A DNA stretch of 64,000 bases from positions 576,001 to 640,000 of the forward strand of contig OZ245838.1 of the NCBI GenBank assembly GCA_965228735.1. The letters run 5' to 3'. This DNA comes from Planctomycetota bacterium. GTDB lineage: Bacteria > Planctomycetota > UBA1135 > UBA2386. This document shows positions 50,119 through 58,038 of the stretch, in pieces; the first letter of the stretch is position 1, and each line of letters opens with the position of its first letter. Both the position numbers and the translations under genes were made by a program. The notes under the pieces were generated by a model, which saw nothing but the letters and a program-made list of their open reading frames with translations, did not search any database and was not told the DNA's origin.

Positions 50119-50779
50119 GTGCCACCTCCGCTCGTGGTTGCTCCACGAGCATCATCAGCTCGTCGAACACAATCTCAAGGTCGGCGCCGCCGTGTTGACC
50201 GGCGCGTCCGAGGTCCCAGACTGTCGTTCTGTTCTGCGGTGCGATCTTGAACACGTTTAGGTCGCGGACCGAACCTTCTAAGGCGGCGATGCCTAGCGAG
50301 CTGAGGGCTTCACGCGCATCACGCGCGAGTCGTGAGCGTCGTGGGACCTTGTTGAGGACGACCGTGGCGAGCGGAGGCGTGGCAGGATGAATGCTGGTCG
50401 CGTAGTCAAGTTGGGACTTCGCCTCGGCCAGCGCCTCGGCGTCGAGAAAGGATGCGGATATTGGAAAGACCGCGAGGTCCGAGAGCACGAGCAGCGTGCG
50501 GGTGACCTCCCCCAGCCCGCCCGGTCCATCACAGATGACGAACTCGAGGCCCTCTGCGAGTTCGAGTACCTGGCGCGGCATGTCGTTGGGGCGCGTCAGG
50601 TCTACCGCATCCAGCGGCATGCATGGCTCGTGCGCTGCCATCCAGCGCGAAGACGAGCGCTGTGTGTCGGCGTCGAAGAAGCCGACGGCGCGGCCCCGCG
50701 CGGCGAGCCAGCAGGCGAAGTGGAAGGACAGCGTCGACTTGCCGACGCCCCCCTTCTGGTTGACGAACGAGATGATCAT
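50111..50779 (-). CDS. parA: ParA/ParF-type partition ATPase (type Ib)
   Basis: NQKGGVGKST, DADTQRS, ICDGPG; GAGGAGG RBS; no N-terminal HTH. Confidence 0.93.
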   Translation of the reverse strand: MIISFVNQKGGVGKSTLSFHFACWLAARGRAVGFFDADTQRSSSRWMAAHEPCMPLDAVDLTRPNDMPRQVLELAEGLEFVICDGPGGLGEVTRTLLVLSDLAVFPISASFLDAEALAEAKSQLDYATSIHPATPPLATVVLNKVPRRSRLARDAREALSSLGIAALEGSVRDLNVFKIAPQNRTTVWDLGRAGQHGGADLEIVFDELMMLVEQPRAEVAHG

Positions 50780-51237
50780 GGTGCCCTCCTCAGTTGATGC
50801 CCTGTTCGCAGTTTGCTCACAGATCGAGCGAGCACGCAAGATGGAAAGTGAGCGAGGTGGCGTGCTAGCAAGCTCGGTAGCTAGCTTGCTAGGTCGCTCT
50901 TCTGGCAAGTGCGCGACTTCGTTGGAGCCGCCCATCGGTGACGCCTCTCGGGATGCAGGCGAGAACGGGTCTTGCGCGAATCGTCGACCTGGGCAAGGGT
51001 GAGATCGGGCTCGTGTTGCGAGCCGTGCAATCAACTTGGGGAGGCGCCGATGTAGGACCGGACGTTGCCCATCGGGCAAAGAAAAAGCAGCCGCATGGGC
51101 TGCTCTTGCATGGAGGACCGCGTGGATCCTGTTCGTAGCTGACAGTTCGACCCTAGCGCGTTTCCGCCGCGTTCGTCAACGCCTCTATCGAGGCGACCTG
51201 TGTCGCATGCCTGCTCCCGCATCCATCGGAGGAGAGG

Positions 51238-52176
51238 ATGACATCACGAAAGAATGGAATCGAACGGAACGAGTTCCAGGGCAACTACACCGTCGCGACG
51301 CGTGCGGAGTTGGAGGCGATCCTCGTCGCGCATCGCGAACGCCGGTTGGGCAAAGACCGCATGCGCGTCTTCGCCGCGATGCTCGAGAAGCGGGCGCTTC
51401 ACGCACGCAGTCGCGTCGACATGCAGCGTATCGTGAACGCCAAGCGATCGACTGCGAAGCAGCTGTCGCGCGGTCGCATCGAGCGCCTCGAGAAGGAGCT
51501 CGGTGACCTGCTGGCGGGCACCCCGAAGGGCGGCAAGAAGGTCGCGGTCTCACGGAAGATGGCCAAGCACATTGCGACGGGTCAGGCCGCGTGCTCGGAG
51601 GCGATCGTGTTGCTCTACTACTGCATGCGTCGGCTCAAGCAGCGGCAGCGACGGGCGCGCCTGCTGGAGGGGGAGCGCTACGCGCGGTTTCGATACGCGG
51701 ACCTGGCTGCGCTCTCTGGGTGTGGGCGGTCGACGCTATGTCGAGCCGTCGAGAGGCTGCGGCGGCGCGGCTACCTGCAGGCACTCGAGGTACGGCAGGC
51801 CAATGAGAACGCCAACGGCTGTCTGTTCGTCGACGGTTCGCTGGTGACGATGACGTCGCATGTAGGTCGGCGATGGCGCTCGCGGCAAAAAACGACAACG
51901 CCCCCGCCGGTTTCTGACAACGCCCCTGATGCGTTTTCGACAACGCTAGATAACAGAGATCCCAAAACAGAGATCCTCAACAGGAGAGGCTTCCCCTTTG
52001 CGTTGGTCGAGAGAGGCGGAGCACTGGTGGCGATGTTGGCGAACCCGAGGCCGGCGAGCGCTCGGCGAGCAGATCCGGTGCCGTCTGTAACCGTGCGGTC
52101 TAGGTGCCCGGAGTTCTTGCGGATTCAGGAGCGGGCGAGGCAGATGCGGGAGTCGTGGGCCGAGGCCGTGGCCTGA
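51238..52176 (+). CDS. Putative replication initiator (winged HTH)
   Basis: YADLAALSGCGRSTLCRAVERLRRRGYL; internal direct repeats; divergent from parA. Confidence 0.6.
   Translation: MTSRKNGIERNEFQGNYTVATRAELEAILVAHRERRLGKDRMRVFAAMLEKRALHARSRVDMQRIVNAKRSTAKQLSRGRIERLEKELGDLLAGTPKGGKKVAVSRKMAKHIATGQAACSEAIVLLYYCMRRLKQRQRRARLLEGERYARFRYADLAALSGCGRSTLCRAVERLRRRGYLQALEVRQANENANGCLFVDGSLVTMTSHVGRRWRSRQKTTTPPPVSDNAPDAFSTTLDNRDPKTEILNRRGFPFALVERGGALVAMLANPRPASARRADPVPSVTVRSRCPEFLRIQERARQMRESWAEAVA
51894..51946 (+). repeat. Three GACAACGC direct repeats (iteron-like)
   Basis: Copies at 51894, 51916 and 51939; spacing 22-23 bp. Confidence 0.65.
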
Positions 52177-52266
52177 CGCGAGTGTGCTACCGCACACGCG
52201 TGTGCCGGCGGCTCATAACCAAGGACAGCCAGGTAGAGCCGGAGCGCTGCGCAACCGAATGGAGGT

Positions 52267-52539
52267 ATGCGTATGAGCTACAGCTCTCCCGGTGGTCCCG
52301 AGGACCGCCAAACCCAGAAGGCCGAGCGACCGATCGATGAGGTTCGCTACGGCCGTTGCAAGGTCGTCGTCTGGCTCAACAAGACCCAGAACGGCGAGAT
52401 GCTCAATTTCGTCCCGACCCGTCTCTACAAGGACGGCGAGGAGTGGAAGGAGTCGCAGTCGCTGGGCGTCGCGGAGCTCCTGCCGATGGCAGAAGCACTC
52501 CGTGAGGCGTTCCTGCGTGCGACTTCGCCGAAGCGGTAG
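52267..52539 (+). CDS. Small PC4/Whirly-like putative ssDNA-binding protein
   Basis: RPIDEVRYGRCKVVVWLN...TRLYKDGEEWKESQSLG; GGAGGT RBS. Confidence 0.65.
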   Translation: MRMSYSSPGGPEDRQTQKAERPIDEVRYGRCKVVVWLNKTQNGEMLNFVPTRLYKDGEEWKESQSLGVAELLPMAEALREAFLRATSPKR

Positions 52540-52858
52540 TCCAAACCCACGTCGCCCGAAACGGGCGACCAGGTTCTTTCCGATGTTCCGATAGAAGGCA
52601 AGCAGCGACCGCGCTCCACCTGGCACCTCGTCTCCGGCGGCGCCTTCGCGCCCATTCGGTTCCGTGCACATGTCGTTCGGTCTGCCATCGTCATCTTCAG
52701 GGATGGCCACACGTCTGCTCCCGGGCCGTTCTCGCGCCTGTCGGTCGCCGCGTGCAAGGACTACTCGGCCTTCGGCCTGCGTTCCTCCTTGACCCGGCGC
52801 CTCCTCGGCGCGCGCGTGCCCTCCGAACAGACGTGTAACCAACCATCTGAAGGAGGAA

Positions 52859-53128
52859 ATGATGGAAGAGAACAACAGACCAGTGCACGAGATCAGGATG
52901 GGCGGCGTGAAGGCGTCCATCTGGCAGAACGAGGCCAAGAACGGTGGGAGCTTCTACTCGGCTAGCTTCCACACGCTCTACCGGGATTCGGAAGGCAGCT
53001 GGCGTCGGTCCTCGAGCTTCGGGCGCGAGGACCTGCTGCTGCTGGCGAAGGTCGCCAACGAGGTCCACTCGTACATGCTGATGCAGTCGGCGCAGGCCGC
53101 CGAGGCAGAAGCGGACGACGGCGAGTAG
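52859..53128 (+). CDS. Paralogous small putative ssDNA-binding protein
   Basis: RPVHEIRMGGVKASIWQN...TLYRDSEGSWRRSSSFGREDL; acidic tail; AGGAGG RBS. Confidence 0.7.
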   Translation: MMEENNRPVHEIRMGGVKASIWQNEAKNGGSFYSASFHTLYRDSEGSWRRSSSFGREDLLLLAKVANEVHSYMLMQSAQAAEAEADDGE

Positions 53129-53241
53129 CGACACGCCTTGCCAACCTGCCCGGCGCCCTTGTTGGCGCCGGGCGCTTTCGCGCTCGGCTGCAGCAGCTCG
53201 GCATGACGGCTCGGTGCGCTCGCCCTGCGTGTGGCACGTGC

Positions 53242-53946
53242 CGCGCCAGCGAAGCTGTCACGCCACCTGCATAGCACGCGGCTCGCGCCCGTGTTCTCCA
53301 GGTAGGTGCGCCGACGAACGGCGCACGGTCGTCCTGCTTTCCCTGATGGGGTGCGGGCGTTCTGAGGCCGAGGCGAAGAACTGCCCGCACCCCTCAACGG
53401 GAAAGCGTGACCGGGGAAGGAGGCGGGCCCAAACGACGGAGGTCGACATGGATGCATTCGAAGACAAGAGAGGCCGGACGTTCCCACTAGGACGTCTTGT
53501 GAGCACGCCGGCGGCGCTGGCAGCGATTCCCCCTGACGAGATTCAGGCGGCGTTGGGCCGCCATGTGCAGGGAGACTGGGGCGAGTGTTGTCCCGAGGAC
53601 TGGGAGGAGAACGACCTGTCGTTGAAGCAGGGCTTCCGGCTGTTCTCGGTCTACCGGAGCTCGGCGGGAACCAAGTTCTGGATCATCACGGAGGCGGACC
53701 GGTCGGCGACGACGGTGCTGTTGCCGGCAGACTACTGATCCTCGAGGGAGGCCAGCGCACGCTGGCTTCCCGCTTAGGGGGTGAGATGCGCCGCTTCAAT
53801 CGTGCGCGTGCGCCATCGCAAGCACGGTCGACGCGCCAGCGAAGCTGTCACGGCCCGTGCAGGCGATGGCGTTGTTCGCGCACCGTTTCTCCACGTGGTG
53901 CGCACGCTCCTTCGCAGCACGTCCTCGCGCCAGCGAAGCTGTCACG
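53242..53946 (+). repeat. Three copies of the 21-bp CGCGCCAGCGAAGCTGTCACG
   Basis: Exact copies at 53242, 53832 and 53926, all intergenic. Confidence 0.85.
53448..53738 (+). CDS. Conserved plasmid-associated small protein
   Basis: FPLGRLVSTPAA...RHVQGDWG...N...G.RLFSVY...FWIITEADRSATTVLLPADY family. Confidence 0.85.
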   Translation: MDAFEDKRGRTFPLGRLVSTPAALAAIPPDEIQAALGRHVQGDWGECCPEDWEENDLSLKQGFRLFSVYRSSAGTKFWIITEADRSATTVLLPADY

Positions 53947-54136
53947 GTCCGTGCAACGCTTCGGTGCTTCCGCGCGCCGCTTCTCTCTTCTGGTGCGCCT
54001 GCAGGCAGGCGCTCAGTCTGGCTCTTTCCTTCGGGAGGGGCTCGGCGTTCTCAGCGCGCTGTGAAGAACCGCCTGCGCCCCTCACCGGGAAACAGCATTT
54101 CGGGTGAGGGGGCGGGCCGCATGCAAGGAGGAAAGC

Positions 54137-54838
54137 ATGAGAGAGAACGCAACATCAACACCAACCCTCGACCCCATGAGCAACGAGGTGTCGCCCTACG
54201 CAGCGACGGCCGGACTTAGCTCGGTAGTGTCCTATCCCAAGCGGTGCAACCTCTGGGGTGACGCTCGCTACCGGGGCAACTGCGATGGCACGTTGTTCAA
54301 GGAGCTCGTCTTGCGCTACCGCGCGAAACGGGTTGCCGACCCGATGATGGGTTCCGGAACGACCCGAGACGTCATTGCGGGGCTCAACGAGGCGACGGGG
54401 AGTCGAATCCGCTACTGGGGCGGCGACCTGAAGAAGGGCTTCGACCTCTACGAGGAGCAGCCGCGAGGTGAGTTCGACTTCGTGTGGGTGCACCCGCCCT
54501 ACTTCAACATCGTCAGCTACGGTGGTGGCGAGAAAGACCTGAGTTCGGAGGCCCACTACAAGCGGTTCATCACGAAGCTGACGGTCTGCCTGCGGAACGC
54601 CTACGAGTCGCTTGCCTTTGGTGGACACCTCGCCGTCTTGGTCGCGGATGTTCGGCGAGCGGGTGGTTACTACGCGCTAGGCAGAGACGTGATGAACATG
54701 GAGCCATGCCTGGGCGCGATGCGGTCGGTGATCATCAAGACGCAGCACAACTGCAAGTCCGATGGACGCACCTACGCGCGCATGAAGCACGTCCCCATCA
54801 AGCACGAGTACTGCGTGGTCTTTGAGAAGACGTCGTAG
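54137..54838 (+). CDS. Orphan amino-(N6A/N4C) DNA methyltransferase-like protein
   Basis: DPMMGSGTT SAM motif and HPPY catalytic motif; HEYCVVF. Confidence 0.85.
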   Translation: MRENATSTPTLDPMSNEVSPYAATAGLSSVVSYPKRCNLWGDARYRGNCDGTLFKELVLRYRAKRVADPMMGSGTTRDVIAGLNEATGSRIRYWGGDLKKGFDLYEEQPRGEFDFVWVHPPYFNIVSYGGGEKDLSSEAHYKRFITKLTVCLRNAYESLAFGGHLAVLVADVRRAGGYYALGRDVMNMEPCLGAMRSVIIKTQHNCKSDGRTYARMKHVPIKHEYCVVFEKTS

Positions 54839-54851
54839 CACAAGCAAGCGG

Positions 54852-55244
54852 CTACGCCTGGCGCTTCGGAGCGAGCGCCACGGCGTCGCCCTTGTGTTCG
54901 AAGCTCTCGTGCTTCAGCGCCTGTCTGAAGCGGAGCGCGAGACCTGTTCGCGTCTTGCCCTTCGCCTTCAGGTTGTCCGCGACGCGCTTCGAGAGCTCTT
55001 CTTCGTGAAGCGCTCCGTCCTGCAGCAGCGCCGCCATCTCTGCGATGACCTCCGTGGTCTTCACGCCGGTTCCGGCCGACTTCTTCTTCTTGACCTTCTC
55101 GCTACCCGTGAGCGCGGCGAGCGCCGTTTCGACGCGCTGCAGCTGCTCTTCGAGCTTCAGGAGTGACGCCCTTACGCCGTCGGCCTCCGCCTGCAGGCGT
55201 TGGCGTTCTTCGCGCAGTCCCGTGACATGATGTTCTAGAACCAT
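54852..55244 (-). CDS. Coiled-coil plus HTH-like hypothetical protein
   Basis: GGGGAGG RBS; heptad N-terminus, Lys-rich linker, helical C-domain. Confidence 0.65.
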   Translation of the reverse strand: MVLEHHVTGLREERQRLQAEADGVRASLLKLEEQLQRVETALAALTGSEKVKKKKSAGTGVKTTEVIAEMAALLQDGALHEEELSKRVADNLKAKGKTRTGLALRFRQALKHESFEHKGDAVALAPKRQA

Positions 55245-55572
55245 GCCTCCCCCTATAGCCCATGCGAAGAACAGGGAACGAGGAACAAGGAACACACCCG
55301 ATGCACCTGGCGGTGCGGACGCCGCGGCGGTGTCCTGCGGTAAGTCGAGACGTGATGGTGACTCGCGGCGTCAACGGCGTGTTTACGCCCAGTGCGGGCG
55401 GATCGGGGGAAGTCGGGGCGAGGAGCGGAGTTGCCGGTGTAAACGCGACGAGCGTGGCGGGGCGCGATGTTTACGCGTTGTCGGACACGGTTCTCGGGTC
55501 GGTGTGCTTTGCCATCCGCGTCGGGGGTCTTAGGCTCGCCTCGGCGCAGACCGGATGCAGATGGCGTAGATC

Positions 55573-56427
55573 GTGAGCAAACAGAAGAAGAACGACGGAT
55601 CGAAGAGCGTTGCTTCCGAGGAGGCTACAAGCCAGTCGAGGGCGGGCGATGAGTTCGTCATAGGGAAGCAGCAGGCTGACCGGCTAGGAGATCGGGGCGA
55701 AGGTGGTGAGGCTGCGAGCCTCTTTACGAGCATCAAGGGAGAGCGCCCGCTTCTGTTGAGGAGAATGCTGAGCTGGTTCTTTGCCGTTGACCATCGTGGA
55801 GGTGCGAGCTTGTCGGACGTCGCGTTGGCGCTCGGCATCGATGACGTTGAGGCACAGGCGTGCCTCGGGATTCTCAGCGAGGCAAAGCTCCTGCGTATCG
55901 AGGTAGCCGATGTTGCGCGCTACAGGGTCTCGCTAGCCGGACGCGGGGAGGCTCTTGCGCAGTTGCCGGCAATCGCCGGCGATGCAGACTCAAGCGCTCG
56001 CGAGTTGGCTGACCGTAGTCGCGTGGCACCGGCGAAGCTCCTCGATGACGCGTTCGAACGTGCTGCGGGAGCAGCTTGGGCTGTTGTCACCGGCGATCTC
56101 AAACCTGCTAGGCGAGATGTCCAGGCGTGGCTGGACGCGGTCAACGAACAGGTGCACGGTGCGGGCGACGCGATCGGGCACTTCGGGTCGTTCGAGTCGA
56201 ACTCTCGCTTCGCTGCCCGGCTTCGTCTCTTGTTGCAGGGGCTTGGCGACCTGCACCTCAAGGATCCGAAGACTGGCAAGCCCGGGGTGCTCTACCACGT
56301 CAAGTCTCCGGGATGCCCCGTTGGTCGGTTCGTTTTCCGAGTGGCCGAAGCAAACGGGCGGCAGCGAATCGGGAAGGCGTCGGTTGCCCTCCCTAGGCTC
56401 GAGCTAGCTGAGGAATCGAATGCCTAG
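55573..56427 (+). CDS. Hypothetical protein with a winged-HTH-like segment
   Basis: SLSDVALALGIDDVEAQACLGILSEAKLL...YRVSLAG. Confidence 0.6.
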   Translation: MSKQKKNDGSKSVASEEATSQSRAGDEFVIGKQQADRLGDRGEGGEAASLFTSIKGERPLLLRRMLSWFFAVDHRGGASLSDVALALGIDDVEAQACLGILSEAKLLRIEVADVARYRVSLAGRGEALAQLPAIAGDADSSARELADRSRVAPAKLLDDAFERAAGAAWAVVTGDLKPARRDVQAWLDAVNEQVHGAGDAIGHFGSFESNSRFAARLRLLLQGLGDLHLKDPKTGKPGVLYHVKSPGCPVGRFVFRVAEANGRQRIGKASVALPRLELAEESNA

Positions 56428-56540
56428 TCCACTTTGCCGGCCGCCTGGGCGGAATACCCGATCGTTGTAAACGCCTGTAAACGCGGACCGATCTAACCCT
56501 TCGGGTTGTTACTGGCACAATGTGCCAGTATAGAGAGGGC

Positions 56541-56915
56541 ATGACGCGCTCACAGCGAAGGCCCATCGGACCGGGTGACTACCACGGCATCGCGAGTGCG
56601 ATGGCGTGGGTCCACCTCTTCACCCCTGAGCCGCGTCGTCTTCGGTTCGTTCCTCCAACTGCACATCGGCGAGGGCTGATGCTGCTCGTCGACGGAGAGC
56701 CGCGTCCGGCCAGGGAGCGGGTGTGGCGCCGGGTGATCTCGAGTGCTCAGGAACACGGATACGAGGTCGCCGCTCAAGCAAGCGCGCCTACCGGCAGCGG
56801 CAAGGCTGACGACGGAGCCACAGAGGTCGTCGCCATCTTCTGCGATGACAGCGGCGAAGAGGCCTTGTTCATGGAGCTGTGGGCTGACGCGGTCATCGCT
56901 GAGGAGGGCAAGTGA
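56541..56915 (+). CDS. Hypothetical protein, paralog of the downstream C-domain
   Basis: GAGGG RBS; similarity to 56912-57433. Confidence 0.7.
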   Translation: MTRSQRRPIGPGDYHGIASAMAWVHLFTPEPRRLRFVPPTAHRRGLMLLVDGEPRPARERVWRRVISSAQEHGYEVAAQASAPTGSGKADDGATEVVAIFCDDSGEEALFMELWADAVIAEEGK

Positions 56916-57433
56916 GCAGGTTCGCCTTGCGCACTGTTGCCTGTCGTCTCGACCTGGGCCTGCATAGCGACCTCGTTGCCTTCGCCCGACGGGAAGGCCT
57001 GAGCGTTTCGTCCGCGATTAGCGAACTGGTCCATCGTGGCTTGATCATGGCAGCGGATCAGGAGGATGACCTCGATCAGGCTTGGCCAGCTAGGCCGGAC
57101 GATCCTGAGGTCATTGCGGCTTCCATGGCCTGGTCACAGTTGGCCGTCGATCCTGGGCGCACCACTAGGTTCGTGCGTCCGCTGAGCGACCGGCGTGGCC
57201 TCGTGCTGCTCATCGATGGTGTGCGGTCTGGGGCTCGAGCAGCGGTTTGGGATCGGGTGATCTCGGAAGTCCGGATGCGCGGCTACTCGATCGCCGCGCG
57301 AGCGACGGCCCCGACGTTCGGGGGTTACCCAAATGCGGTCGAGGTCCTCGCCATCTTCACGGAGGACGAGGAAGACGAGGCCAACTTCGAGGCCGTGTGG
57401 GCCGACGCCATCACCGTCGAGGAAAACGCATGA
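56912..57433 (+). CDS. RHH-like N-domain fused to the duplicated unknown domain
   Basis: TVACRLD...LVAFARREGLSVSSAISELV. Confidence 0.7.
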   Translation: MSRFALRTVACRLDLGLHSDLVAFARREGLSVSSAISELVHRGLIMAADQEDDLDQAWPARPDDPEVIAASMAWSQLAVDPGRTTRFVRPLSDRRGLVLLIDGVRSGARAAVWDRVISEVRMRGYSIAARATAPTFGGYPNAVEVLAIFTEDEEDEANFEAVWADAITVEENA

Positions 57434-57789
57434 CCAATCTCAGCGGCAAGGTGACCTCCGTTCGTCTGGACTCGGACATGTACGCCGAACTCATGCTGAG
57501 GGCCAAGCGCTCCGGGAAGTCGCTCTCCGAGGTGATTCGCGACTTGCTTGCTGACGCGATCGGCGTGGAAGGCCGGGAGGTCGAGTCACCAGCTGGCGGC
57601 GTAGGCCTCGTAGCAAACCAGCTGCTGCACGCAGTGGCTGTGTTGGGCGAGCGTCAGAAGGCGTTCGGCGAGGCGATTCTGCTGAACTTCGCTAAGGACG
57701 GCGACGTCGGCCGCAAGGCCGTCAACAAGTGGGTGAAGGAGAAGGTGCCCGTGATGCCGGTGCCGAACCACGACATGAACGGGAGCTGA
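57430..57789 (+). CDS. RHH (CopG/TrwA-like) relaxosome accessory candidate
   Basis: VTSVRLDSDMYAELMLRAKRSGKSLSEVIRDLL; upstream of the relaxase. Confidence 0.75.
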   Translation: MTNLSGKVTSVRLDSDMYAELMLRAKRSGKSLSEVIRDLLADAIGVEGREVESPAGGVGLVANQLLHAVAVLGERQKAFGEAILLNFAKDGDVGRKAVNKWVKEKVPVMPVPNHDMNGS

Positions 57790-58038
57790 ACGATGATGTC
57801 ACCGAGGACACAGGAGCCAGCGTCTGTCCATCTGGAGCTGGGAGACGGTCTGCGCAGATGGGGCGGGATGGGCCATCTCGTGCGACCGCACTTCATGGCT
57901 GATGAGTTGGTTCTTGAGCTCGTTGGCTACATCCAACGGGCTGCCATGAGGACGCCGCACCGAGCGCCCCGGTGCGAAGGGCAACGCCTGCGTCGCAGTT
58001 CCGCTTTCCACCTCAGCGCCAACTAGACCACGCAGCAG

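Noticed and set aside
53242..53946. 21-bp repeats as a CRISPR array
   Set aside because: Irregular spacing (590 and 94 bp), a gene lies between copies, and there are no cas genes
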